Assembly: GCA_030141605.1 (NCBI GenBank)
Contig: JAQGDQ010000452.1
Location: 41,580 to 105,579, forward strand
DNA length: 64,000 bases
Reading direction: 5' to 3'
Source of the DNA: Tubiluchus corallicola
Taxonomy: Eukaryota > Animalia > Priapulida
Below the pieces are notes generated by a model, which searched no databases, had not been told where the DNA came from, and saw nothing but the letters and a program-made list of their open reading frames with translations. Below, piece after piece: positions 1 to 37,917 of the stretch; position 1 is the stretch's first letter; each line of letters begins with the position of its first letter. A program made the position numbers and the translations under genes.

Positions 1-412
1 CCGACCTCTGATCTTTTCAAGAAAAAGTAGTGCGTTTCCAAGCTTTTTGCAAGAGCTATGGCTATTCGAATCTAGTTTGATTCTGGATATTCTGAAAACA
101 TTCCAGAAAAAACAATTTTATACAATTTCGGTCATTCTGAATTCATGGTTTATGGAAACTTAAGCCATTACTTTGTTTCTCTTTAAAGAGGAAGAAAGAT
201 AAGTTTCAAAGTCCCAAAACCTTTCCATACAAAGTTAGGATTACCAGGGCCTGTCAGGTAGTTTGACTCCCAAGGCAAAAATATTTTTAGCATCCGCTCC
301 GCAACTGGCAGCCCCTCTGTAAAGTCCCAATGTACCCACACACAATATTCAATTTTCTTGTATGTAATAATGTGTCTGTGCAATGGTACCTGTATGTTAT
401 CTTATACATGTT

Positions 413-849
413 CAGTGTTCCCTCACTTATCGCAGGTGTTCCGTTCAAGGCCCACCCGTGATAAGTGAATTTCCGCGAAGTAGGGACGCTATAGTTATTT
501 TAGTAGTTATACATTATTTTAAGCCTTTATAAACCCCCCCACACTCTTATACATAACCCTTTCCCGCATCTCACGCAGGCGCTAGTACTACATTTCGTTT
601 TTGGTGTGTTTTCATCCGCCGAATAAATACACTATTTACTGTAAACGGTAATTTTTTCTGATTTATGCAAAAATCACCAAATCTATACATTACTGTACAA
701 TACGTACTACGCATGTGCAAAAATACTTTAGACAGAGTACCGCAAAAACTGCCAAACAGCGAAAATACCGCGATGAATATTTTACATTACTATTTTTGAA
801 AACCTGTGAAACAGCGATAAATGAACTGCGATGTAGCGAGGGAACACTG
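413..849. mobile_element. Tc1/mariner-pogo-type MITE, family A
   Basis: TIR CAGTGTTCCCTC..GAGGGAACACTG with TA on the right; homologous to 30425-31017 in opposite orientation. Confidence 0.85.
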
Positions 850-2089
850 TAGTTCTATTATAAAATTTTGTGTTTAATCTTATATAGAGTAGCTGTATGT
901 CATAGGTATTCAGGAGCAATCAAAATTTATGCAATTTTAGCTGCATACTCTTCATGTACAAAACGTTACTATTTCTCCATCCCAGTGTGCACTTCTGGCT
1001 CACAAAAATATTTTATCAATCTTTTTGGCAACATTAAGTAATTTATGCTTTTGCTTAGTTAGCAAAGAGTGTACTACAGTGTGCTTAAGTGTCAGCACAG
1101 GAGTGTAAATTTACAAGTTTTATGCTTCTACAAGCCCTGCATGCAATAAGGTAGGATGTAAGTGATATAACATTTCAAAACAAATTTTTTTAAGTTTTAT
1201 TTTTAAATTGGTGTTTTCTTTTCCTTAAACTAATCATAAAAGCCTGAATTAGAACGTAATAAAAAGAGGTAAACAGTAGTAATATGTGCTAATTGGTTGA
1301 AAATGCTCAAATCTGCTTCTTTCAAGTAGCTTCTAAAGCTTGGTTTTGTTTGTCAAAATTATCTTCATTCATTGTAGTAGTCTAATTAATCTTGAAAACC
1401 TCTTCTGATTTGCATGCTCAAATAAAGAAAGCAGTGAACTTGAGAAATTGAATGAAAGAAAAGGGTTTAGTACTGATACTGGAAGACCTTATTGAACAAA
1501 CACAATCACAAAGGCGAATAAGCCTTTTCACAGTTTTGTTGTGCGCACGTGCAGTTGCTGCAGGTCAAATGTTAAGTGTCCAACAGCAGTGCGTCTTAAC
1601 TGCAACCATCACGTGACATGTGGGTAGAGCAAAGCCATCTGCCGCATCAATTCAGTAACTTCAGTTGTTTTACTTGGACTTTACTTAATAATGCATTAGT
1701 TTGTGCGATGTAAAGTGATTTACTAGCAGAATCTTGCTTGGGAAGAAGAAAAAATGTACTAGGTAAGGTTCTAGCTAGCTGTTGAAACTGTTTGTATTAC
1801 AATAGCTCGGGCTGTGGGGCATAATCAAGCGTACAAAAATGCGTTGTCTGGTATACTTAACCTTTGACCTTTTTATGATTATCATCAAATCGCTGGAACT
1901 GTGAAAATGTTTATTGACAGGCTGTAATCTGCCGAAAATTTCTGGAAAAGATGATCTAATGCTGCAGTGTGTAAAAAAATAAATACTTTCTTGTGTGATT
2001 ACTGAAATTTTGGCAATTGTATCAATCGGTGTTGATGTTCAATGTAATACACATTTTTAATATTTTCTTATGTCATTTTTTTGTGCTAG

Positions 2090-27103
<25,014 letters not shown>

Positions 27104-27192
27104 TTTCTTTGTTGACAGTAAAACTGTGTTTTATTTTATCTTATTTTGATTAAAGACTTCCTTTCAGTATTCAGCTAAATTAATTGATTGTA

Positions 27193-27690
27193 CAGTCAAC
27201 CTCGGGTTTAAGGTGCTCACTTATAAGGGACTACTAACACCGGTCCCCATTTTTCGTAACGTTTTTCCTGTGTAAAAATCTTCGTATATAAGGTACTCGT
27301 ATGTAAGGGACGATATCTTCAGGTCCTGCGTAATAGAAACCCTACGATCAAATATTTTTTACATCCTAAAAAGCCTATGCCGAGACCTCAGACTGTATTC
27401 CCTTGACTACTGTTGGGTCAAAGCGAAATTGATCGATTTTTAACGTCAATTTTTCGCAAATGCGGCCTTCGAACAGCTCAGCTTCCACGGTCACCTGCAT
27501 CACTGAAGGTGCTTCCTACATACCGTTTGCACTGAATGTGTAGCAATAATCCATAAGAATATGGGTAAAAATACAGAAAAGTACAGGTTTAGATACACCC
27601 TCAGTCTGATTCAACTTCGGCTATAAGGGACATCGGATATAAGGGACGTTTTTTTCCCGTCCGGAGGTGTCCCATATCCAAGATTGACTT
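27193..27690. mobile_element. TA-targeting MITE, family C
   Basis: TA|CAGTCAACCTCGG.. with repeated TATAAGGGAC motifs; reverse-orientation homolog of 44850-45298 and 47661-48103. Confidence 0.82.
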
Positions 27691-28817
27691 TATGTTATTA
27701 TTTTTATTAACGTTTATAATATTAATATAAAATACAAAATCTGTTAAATTGTTATTACTTTGTGTGACTTTAATTTCTAATAAGCTAATTACGTTTCTAC
27801 ATTACTGCTCTGTGTTTTTTTTTACTTGGAGAATGACTTGAGACTGTGGGAGATTGGCCTGAGGCTATAAGAATAAGTGCTAATACTGCTACTGGAGTTG
27901 TAAACACACTGTTGCCTGAAAAGCTACGCAGTTCAAATTATATGAATCGTTATTAATGAAACTAAACAGTCGAGATGCACAAATACAGACTCACATAAAC
28001 ATCATTTACTGATTTCTAAAAACAATGGGCACACAGCGTCACCGTTCCTACAACAATGAGTGCCAGTGTTTTGCCTACGGTTGTCTAAAGTTCTACAAAT
28101 TTCATGACAATTATACATGGCACCTGCTACGAGTCTGGTATTGCGTGATCATGTGACACTGTTGTTAGAAGTTGTCAGTAGTTAAACAACATTTTATACA
28201 GTAGCAAATATATTTTTCTTCATGTGTCATTATTTTGATGAATTACAGAATTTCTTAGAAAACTGGTGCGTAATGAGTTATGCTGTCTTATAGAACTATA
28301 GTCTCACTTGTAACTTGTACAAGGTTTCTAACAAGATTAACCAACACAGTGCGGATACCAGAGTTTTAAAAATGCCATACTGATGCATTTACTAACTACT
28401 GTTTTCTGTACAGCTTGACACTGGGCAACCACAATTGAATGGTAAAGCATACTTTATGTGGGAAGTTATAATGGTGTTATTGGAGCTAATCTCATAATCT
28501 TTTAATACCATTATTTTCTGATCTTGAATTGGCAGACGTATCTTGTGCATATTTGGACATGTATGTATCGATACTCCTTACATGAGATAAATACCTAAAG
28601 TCAGAACGGCAGACAAAAAGTGCCTGGAAGCAGTTAGCTCGGTCACTTATCTATTTTCTTAGCAGATTCGATGTTGCTTAACCTTAATTGCTAAGCACAC
28701 ACTGTGGTCAGTGGGCTATTCCCCTCATTCGAACATTTCATCGTATTAATTTTGAAGGTTCATTCACAAGATAAATTTAAAAATTCAATTATCAATTTAA
28801 TGAGTAATTTAAATTTA

Positions 28818-30078
28818 TTATTCATTAAAACATTGATACAATAACGTGCAAATAAACTCTGTGATGTAAAAACATTGTTTAGTAGACGTTGACATAAACT
28901 TCAAATAAACTTCAATGTCGTTGCGCTTATAATTAACGACAAAAGATTGTCCATCATAATCATAATTAATGGAATCTGTATCCACAGGTGTCAAAGTCAC
29001 AGGTGTAGAAATGAAAATATCATCCTGTCCATCACAGTAAAATGTCAGGCCAAAAATGCCAACATTATTTATTCTGCCTTCGAAGAATTCTGTCTTCCAT
29101 GTTATATTGTTCGGTATCGCTAATTTCACTGACCTGTGCATTGTGCCTATCCGGTGTGATAAAAACATACTTAATTCGATCATTATCCGAGGACACAATA
29201 CACGAGGCCGTATCTCGAATAAAAAATTCAGCACGTGCTTTACCAGCTACACACAACTCGAATGAACAAATTAAATTTTTTAGCTTTGTCTTTTTAATAG
29301 CCAAAGCGTTGGGATATATTATGGAACAGAAGTGGTACACGTGAAATGTTGTTAGCACAAATGCAATATTGTTATCTTTGTTCCAGACTGCAAAAGCTAA
29401 TTCATCTGTTAACTTGTACAATGTCACCTTACTAGTCTTATCTTCTCCAAGCTTTTCAATCATAGCCATGTCTGCGACGTTTAAATACTTTTCATACATC
29501 ATATATCTAGTAAAAGGAGATTTTGGTATAGTGCGTACTACTTTATTTTGCATTTGGTAAAACACGGGAACTTTCGAGAACACTTTTGTGCATTGGATAT
29601 CATTCATACGTATCATGCTTTCAGCATTGTTCCAGTACAATGACACTGTTCTGTTTACTCCATCGAGACAGTTCTGAGTAACGAAAAACACTGCAGTGCG
29701 GAATTCTGTTTTGCAATTTTTTTCTTTGTATATCACCTGCATTTCAAATTCAATTTCACGTGTTTTCAAAAACTTGTTTAAGCTAGCGCTGTCTTGAATG
29801 TAATGAAGACTTTTCATGTGAAATTCTCTTTTCTCCAAGCAATGTCTCAAATACTTGGATTTTAGTTTGACGAATACGTTGTTGTCATTATCTCTTGCAA
29901 TGTTAAGACGCTTGCAAAATGGCTTCCATAGTGAATTATGGGAACTGATTTCATGCCACAGCTTACACACTTTTGACACAGTCAGCAAGTCACACGGTGA
30001 AAGCAGGCCAAAGATTTTTAGTAACACGTCAGTAGGCAATATAGAGATGCTCACTTGCTTTCTAGCAAAAGAGATCAT
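28818..30078 (-). CDS. FBXO15: F-box only protein 15-like; intronless CDS with one frameshift near 29100-29140
   Basis: N-terminal F-box (LPTDVLLKIFGLLSPCDLLTVSKVCKLW). FAVWNKDNNIAFVLTTFH and, in the overlapping second frame, ITWKTEFFEGRI..ISTPV..YDGQSFVVNY resemble FBXO15 C-terminal motifs as I recall them. First in-frame ATG (MISFARK) at 30078. Confidence 0.7.
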
Positions 30079-30424
30079 TTTTTGAAACAAAGATAGCTTG
30101 TTAAAGAATGTTGTTGATGATATTGCAAACACTGTATACTTGATTGTAGTTCCAATGCAGCCTTATGAGTTGTACTTACGATCCATACGCAAATGTGTAA
30201 GGCAATGGCTGTAAAAAATAAATTACAAATAATCAGTATAAAAGATAATTATAAATGTATATATGTCTTGCAAAAACCGTGGTGTTTTGTAAACATGTCT
30301 TTCTATCTTTGTATGAATTGGAAATAAATACGAAGTTGGGCCTCTTTCCCTTTTACCACCATTCAAAATTGTGGGAAGTTTTCTTTATCTGCTCATAAAA
30401 CGAACTCATATTTACTATCAAATA

Positions 30425-31017
30425 CAGTGTTCCCTCGCTTTTTCGCAGGTTTTCAAAAATATTAATGTAAAATATTTATAGCGGTATTTTCACTGTTTCG
30501 CGGGTTTTTGCGGTACTCCGTCTAAAGTATTTTTGCACATGTGTCGTACGTATTGTACAGTAATGTATAGATTTGATGAATTTTGCATAAAAAATCACAA
30601 ACTGTATAAAAACATATTAAAAATATTAATTCTAACATTAAAAGAATATTATAAATCATAAAAAATACCATTTACAGTAAATAGTATATTTATTCAGCGG
30701 ATGAATACACACCAAAAACGAAATGTAGTACTTGTGCCCGCTTGAGATGCTAGTTGCCGACGTGAGATTGTACGCAACATGGAAAGCGACCAACCAGAGA
30801 ATGCTGCTTTGTATCCCAGTCGCTGATTGGTGGGATATTATTATTAAGGGAATGGGAAAGGGTTATGTATAAGAATGTGGGGAGTGTTTATAAAGACTCG
30901 AAATAATGTATAACTACTAAAACAAGTAGTTGTTTTAGTAGCATCCCTACTTCACGGAAATTTACTTATCGCGGGTGGGCCTGGAACGGAACACCCGCGA
31001 TAAGTGAGGGAACACTG
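30425..31017. mobile_element. Tc1/mariner-pogo-type MITE, family A
   Basis: TA|CAGTGTTCCCTCGC ... GAGGGAACACTG|TA; internal homology to 413-849. Confidence 0.88.
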
Positions 31018-31659
31018 TATTACAAAAACCATGCACACTGTGAACCCTAGATAAAATAAACTCAACAAAGGCATAGAGCTTTTTAAGACACGCCACTCTA
31101 ACATGATGTTTACTCATACTGCCAACTTGCTAATATTATGAGTGAAGGGTGGACGCTCGATGACCGCATTATTTCTTTTCTACTTATTATTGCATACTAA
31201 CACCTTATTGTTGTAAAATTGATGTACGAGACGAATAAAACTCAATTCAATTTTTAAACAACTCTGGAAGTATGCAATATCTATTATAACCAATAAAATT
31301 TTAAAATGTAAACGCAAATTTGATTGAACTTTTATCAGTTCTACAACACAAAAATTTTGATGCAACGTTATGGCAATGTTGATGTAACATATTGCCAATG
31401 CATGGTGCAATTTCAAGTATTTGAAAACTAAATAAATAAGGGTAATAAGATACGCACTTTATCAGTCTGGTGACTCCATAGCCAGCCATAATTAAGTATT
31501 TTACTTGGCATGAAAATGATGTATTCATTATTATATTCAACAGAACTGTACTTTTATGTAAAGTTTTTATTTAAAAAAATTAAACTACTAAATGTGAATA
31601 CTAAAAATAGTACAAGCTAGCCAAGCCCTGCAAAAAGCATTTTGCACATAAACCCACAA

Positions 31660-31870
31660 AAAATCACATCACACGATGCCACCTATATCATACCACACCC
31701 AGTACACCATTCCATCCACACCACACTCCAAAACAACACCCATACGCCATAGCCATACCACATCACATGACCATGCCACTATCACCCAGCACACTATCCA
31801 CACCACAATACCCTACACCACACCACACCCATTACATCATACTAAACCCACCATATCATACATGATACAG
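31660..31870. repeat. Degenerate CACCA/CATCA low-complexity tract
   Basis: C/A-rich pentamer-like repeats. Confidence 0.75.
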
Positions 31871-32091
31871 TGATCATGATCATGATGACAACGATGACGA
31901 TAACGGTGCAACTAATAGGATTAGAAGGCTTCAAGAAGTATTGTTGCAACGATACTAGAATTTTATTTTTAAATGTGCATTAAACCCACCGATTGCATAA
32001 ATTATCCACAATAATTGACGAAATTTAAACACTAAAGAAAATATACTGTGCTAGGGAACTTGCGGAACTAAAGATTTCGTAACATACAAAC

Positions 32092-32105
32092 GTAGCCATG
32101 GCAAC
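32092..32105. promoter_or_regulatory. RFX X-box upstream of the FBXO15-like gene
   Basis: GTAGCCATGGCAAC, one mismatch from the palindromic X-box GTTGCCATGGCAAC; a second TAGCAAC half-site lies about 30 bp away. Confidence 0.55.
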
Positions 32106-34855
32106 TGAAAAAAAGGTGCCGGAGTGCACCGTTAGCAACAGGCTAAGAAGGTCTGCTGCAACGACTTCGGTTCCAAATTTCAGGATCAGATTGTGCATAG
32201 TGACACAAATCACGCAATAGGTTGCTTAACATTTCTGAGCTTATGTTATGTACCGTTGTAACAGGGTTTACCGTGATGCGTAAATATGGATTTATTTTGA
32301 TCTTTTCTAAAATATTTTTTCGCACGTTCCGATTTGTTAGCGACTTTTCTCATACAAATCAGAATTCAGCATCCAATAGCATGTCTTACTCAAATTGGCT
32401 ACAGTTATGGTGAAATAAGAATCTGACGCAAGGCTATGTCTGACTCCAAGATGAAGATACACTGAACCTGTAGCATCACCTTAGCCACATTTAGACGTAT
32501 ATATATTCATGTCCTCCATCTACAAGGCAAGCAGCCAGAATTGGTATGACAAAGAGTGAAAATTGAAGTGCTTTACTCATTCACTAAACCTGCAACCATT
32601 GTGCCATTCTTAATACTGGTCGTCAAGGCATAATATACTGCAAACACTCAGCTTCGTCTCGCGTTATTAATTTTAATAACTATCTATTAACTACAGAAAG
32701 CCATTATAATATTTCTCTCATAATTGCGTTTGAAGTAAGGAAGCCAAATTACACCACATAGATAATGGATTACATTATTATTTTGTAATAACAAATGATT
32801 ATGGCGGAATTCATATGGACACAGTCCTTCGATCACTTAGTTAGCTGTAAAAAGCTTTACCATGTGTTAGCTGAACTTTATTGGCAAAATTTATGGAAGC
32901 TGCCTTTCGCAGTCATAAAATCTAAAATCTTTAAATCGAAAATGATTCAAAATCTAGTGACCGTGTATAGCAATAAGAGTCCCTTAAATTGCTCATTTAC
33001 CTTCATTATATAAAGTGCACGTAAATGTGTGATTGTGCATTTGCTTAATTAATTCAGGTAATTCATGTTCCTCAGGATTAAAATAGTCACCTAGAACCAT
33101 AAATGGACATTAAGTGAAACCAATTTTGTAAGTTGATGCCAAGATTTATAATTATGACTATGCAGCCTAAAAAAGCACTGAATGGAATGTAAATTAAACT
33201 GATAAAATTTACACCTTGACGAGAGGTGGATAATTGTAAAAGTTAAAACAAAGTATTTAGTGCAAATACAAATTGCTTAACTGATGACAATTTACTCTTT
33301 GAGCGGTTGGATACATTCACCGGGTTACAAAATGTAGTTTATCACCAACAGAAACAACATAGACGAACCTTCTTTAACGTTCAATTATTAAGCTACAGAA
33401 AAAAAATGAAAGCAAATCTAATTATTACACTTTCACCATCCTAATATTTTTTTTGTTTATTTTTGAAATAATGTTAAATTGAACTGACACAACATGTGAA
33501 ACTTATCATGCTCTTTTAACCATAATACCAATTCAAAATATAAACACCAGTTAACATATACATGTATTCATAACATAGATAATATAAGTTTAACTAGATA
33601 ATATAACATCGACAGTTTTACATATCACATGTTTAAATGTTAGAGCTAGTGAATTTAAGGAGTCACAAATAACTAAGCTTTTGCGTAGAATAAACAATTA
33701 CTTAATATAACAAAATTTAATGTTAAACCGCCATTAAGATTTTCGATGAAGGTCTAATGAGACCCAATTTAGTGACCACTGATGCGTAATTCACTTTCTG
33801 CTGCTACAAAGTTTGGGTATTAAAACAGTAGCACTGCCAATAGGGGAGCAACTGCTCCCCTTAGTAAGTTTTTCAAAATTAGTGCCTTTTCAACAACCTG
33901 CCTTATTACTTTATTTAATCAACCTGCCTTCAGTGTTTTTGAAATGAGCGTGCATTTACACAACTCATTTGTCAAGGTTGACTAATTGAAGCAAGGATTA
34001 TATTGGCCCAAATTTAACTACAGATTTACAATAATTATATTCTTGTCACACACTAAAACCGTCTGTTGCAGCATAGACAAACATATAAGTGCTTTATGTG
34101 TCATGGTGCCTTTTTATGTACTTGGTATCCCTCATTTTAGAGTCCCCCTGATTACAAACACAATAAGCAAAACCCATGATGAACTGTTAAAATTACATGT
34201 ACCTATACACATTAGTACCTATACACTACGTACATGTACCCTTACCATCATTTGCCCTTTACTGACTTTCTGAACAAACTGTATGTTACTTAGTAACACA
34301 CTCAAGTTTACTGTCACTTGCCTTTTATTAACTTTCTGAACAGATCTAAATTGTACGTTACTTACTAACACACTGCGGCTAAAATAACATACCAGGAACA
34401 TACCAATATCTTGTAAATTCACACTACCGATTTACAATAGCAAACAAAAGAAAGGTATCAAAAATTTTAAATGTACAACCATATCACCTTGGCAAAGAAA
34501 ATGTAAGAAAATTCACAAAGCTCGTTTTACTTGCTGTACTAAATAAAACAATGGCAAAAGTGACAAGCTTACTGCATTTGACACATCTTCAAAAAGACTA
34601 TTTCCTGTCAATAATGAAGCTACAACTGCTTGATTCTCCAAATATGTATGTAAATACAAACTAAGTAAGGAATGTAATCTGCATTTCTTGTTTAATAGGA
34701 ATGCCTAAGGAAGATTATAATAATATAATTATGCAAATTATAATGCATATACAGAAAAAACACACCAAAAAACTTAGGCGACCATACAGTTCTTATCCAA
34801 TTAATATGTAGTATAACCCCTGATTCCTTGGCAAGTGCTCTCTATACATGCATTT

Positions 34856-36199
34856 TTAGAGTCCAAAATAGTCTAAAGCAACATATGTTAGTATAATTAA
34901 AATAATAAAGACTACAAAGACTACACCAAAGCTTACAGTGCTTCTTGTTGGTACGCAGTGCAACTGCGCTGTATTATCAGCAGATACACTGATTAAAGCA
35001 GCATCATTGCCGCCAAATTTTTGATTCATGTCAGTAGAAGGAAGAAAATCAATACCGGTAACAAATATTCGATGAGTCTCACGGGAACAAAATATTTGTT
35101 GTAAACTGAAGCTGATATAAACCATGACGCTTCCATCAAGTGTGCCAGTAGCCAAATAAATACCATCATCGCTTACAGCCAGAGACGACAAAACCTCTTT
35201 GCCCGTGGATTGAACTCTCTCGGCCTGCCAAGTCTTTGTGTTCCACTTTGTAAGGTAACAAGGATTACCTTTCCCTGTCCGCTGTTTAGGAATTTGTGCA
35301 GTGAAAAACTTACAATTTTTAGAGTCGTTTCCTTCACGTGCAAAACGGCAACATCTAGCTCTATATTCAGCATGTTTTGGAGCTGCCCACACAAGATCAC
35401 AAACCTTTTTTCCATTTTTTGCTAACCATATACATGTCTTACCATCCTTACCTGCTGTAGCAATTTGACTTCCACAAGTGCTGATATCTAGGTCATCTAT
35501 TTCGCCTTCATGAGCCTTTGTTTCATACATTCGCTCCAGTTTTGGAAATTTCCAAACACGCATGTAGCCATCTGCACCTCCAGTTATTAAAACACTTTTG
35601 CCAGGATTAAAACATACACATTTTTGAAAACCTCCATCAGGATGAAAATCAGTTTTCATTGTACCAATTTTCCGAAATTCAAAACTAACTCTACTACTTG
35701 AGGAAAGCTGATTGGACGTTTGAGGTGAAATAGGCTGCTTTTTGAAATGGTCTTGTATTGTATCATTCTTGTTGCCAGTGGGAACATTTCGGTGGCGCAA
35801 TTCGCTTAGCTTTTCTGGAACTGCATCATGAATTTCCTCACCATCCAAAGGGTCTCCTACGCTCGGGTCGTCGCTAACATTCTGAGGATGAATATCGTAG
35901 ATAACACAATCGCCTTCTAATCCTGCTGCAAATGTACATCCTTCAAAGGAATCTAATTTAGAATTTCCAAAGGCAGCGCCATTCATAGTTGCACGTGAGC
36001 CGGTTTCACCTGTAGCCACTAGATCAGCCTTGAATACACGTCCTGCATCTTGGATGTGATATATTTGAACAGTGTTAGACACTCCCGTTTTGGCACTCCC
36101 TCCTCCTCCTGCTATTAGAAAATGGGCATTTCCTACACACTTAATAACATAGACGGGAAAACCCGTCTTTGTCAAAACAGTTCCTTTGGGTGGCGCCAT
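34856..36199 (-). CDS. PREB: Prolactin regulatory element-binding protein / SEC12 Sar1 GEF (WD40 propeller + C-terminal TM), single coding exon
   Basis: Uninterrupted ORF with the Sec12 K-loop motif IAGGGGSAKTGVSN, WD repeats (ITGGADGYMRVW, AHEGEIDDLDIS, LAVSDDGIYLATG, HRIFVTGIDF, SVSADN) and a terminal TM helix. Likely start MAPPKG at 36199. Confidence 0.93.
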   Translation of the reverse strand: MAPPKGTVLTKTGFPVYVIKCVGNAHFLIAGGGGSAKTGVSNTVQIYHIQDAGRVFKADLVATGETGSRATMNGAAFGNSKLDSFEGCTFAAGLEGDCVIYDIHPQNVSDDPSVGDPLDGEEIHDAVPEKLSELRHRNVPTGNKNDTIQDHFKKQPISPQTSNQLSSSSRVSFEFRKIGTMKTDFHPDGGFQKCVCFNPGKSVLITGGADGYMRVWKFPKLERMYETKAHEGEIDDLDISTCGSQIATAGKDGKTCIWLAKNGKKVCDLVWAAPKHAEYRARCCRFAREGNDSKNCKFFTAQIPKQRTGKGNPCYLTKWNTKTWQAERVQSTGKEVLSSLAVSDDGIYLATGTLDGSVMVYISFSLQQIFCSRETHRIFVTGIDFLPSTDMNQKFGGNDAALISVSADNTAQLHCVPTRSTVSFGVVFVVFIILIILTYVALDYFGL

Positions 36200-37917
36200 A
36201 TTACAAAACACAACGCTCATCGAAATCTTACAGGTTAAACGCATGCACGTGCATAGCCCAGTTACTATAAGGGCATCACCTCCGACTGCAAGTTATAGTA
36301 CAAAAATCTCTTCGCCAAAAAACGAATGATAAAATAGTGGAATAAAATAAATAATGATAAATAATAGTATATAATAGTAAATAATAATAATAACAATATT
36401 ATAATAATATACTTTTATAATAATATATAGTGTTTAATAATGTGTATTTTATAATAATGCTTTTAATCACATATGCTCAGCAACTCTATTTCTTTATGGT
36501 TTGTTTTTGTCAGTTTACTGAACAACTCCAAATCGAAATTCAAACTAGGAATCATCGTTGTATTATGCAATAACCGTCTTACTTTCACAGCGTCAACATC
36601 TACAGCATCAGAACTACTCCAATTCATAATCTCCTATTTTATATGTTGCACTTTCTTACTTCTTTTCTCAACAGACATTTTATAACTTCCTGTTTCATTG
36701 ATATAGTCATCTAAGTATCTATAGTGGTTGACTCATTTAATTTTCCCTTTCTTACATTCGTCAATCTGTGATCTGCCCTTCCTGGTTTTTGTGTAATTAC
36801 AATCTGTTGTAATTTTTCACTACTAAACGTAAACTTTAATTTTTTCATCATTTAATTTTTTATTACAGTCATTACTACATTTTCTTAACCACAGCCCAGA
36901 ATATCATCCAAATATATTTTGGCATCAAATCCACCATCATTCATCACTTATTAACAAGATTTTTGTCCTGCCCATTTTATTTGTCTGGTCCATGCTAGCA
37001 CAACATATAACTGGTCCCCACACAGTTCATTGTCGTACAGTTTCTCTGACCCAAAATTTGTTTGTTAATCTTACTGGTGTACTAATTTTCAGTTCACCAT
37101 ATTTATTTAACTCGAACAAAATACCCAGGTACTTTTCATTTAAACCAAGTCTCCATAAGTCAGACACACAATCTCTTAACCATAATTTGTCAAAGCCGTG
37201 ATGATGACATTTCAACATTACCGTGATGATGACTGGTAATTCGATGCAATCCAATTTCAATTTGTTGCTCAAATACATAAACATAATGTACATTGGCAAA
37301 ACACAATACAGTACATACATGTCAAATAGTGCATACATATAAAGTTAATTCATAAAAGCTTTGTGCAAAAGGTTATTTTCAGAGTTGGTAGTAACAATAA
37401 TTAACATATTTGGTATAATTTGTATTACATAGATAAGTTAGCTAACTAATTAAATAGAACTACACTGATGTATAAAGAAAATGGTAAAGAAAATGCATCT
37501 CCGACTCTTTATTTCACTTCCTTTATTCTTATATATAGGCTTTACTTTCATTTCATTATTGTTGTTTGATTTATCTGAAACAGCATGTGAGAGTCGTGCA
37601 AGGTAGACGAAATGTAGGAAGTCGACGAAACCCACTCAACACCACAGCAATGGCAGCTTCCATTAATTAATAATTCAGCACAGTTTTACTTGAACTAATT
37701 GAAACTAAATTCTTTCTCAAATTCTGCCCCATTTGATTCCTAAGATGTCTGTATTAAAATGAAATGGTGTTTGGTGTGTTTGAGATTTTTTGCTCACTGA
37801 ATTTGTGCTTTGCTACAACGAGATGATTTGGCTCACAAGTCTCGGCGAATAATTACTTTAAGAGTTTCTGTGCTTTGAGTGAATTCATACAGTTGTTTAA
37901 GATTGACTGAAAACTTC

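Noticed and set aside
1958-2060. Possible signal-peptide exon (ILSCVITEILAIVSIGVDVQC)
   Set aside because: An in-frame TAA separates it from the upstream ATG, and no donor gives the right phase into exon 2090.
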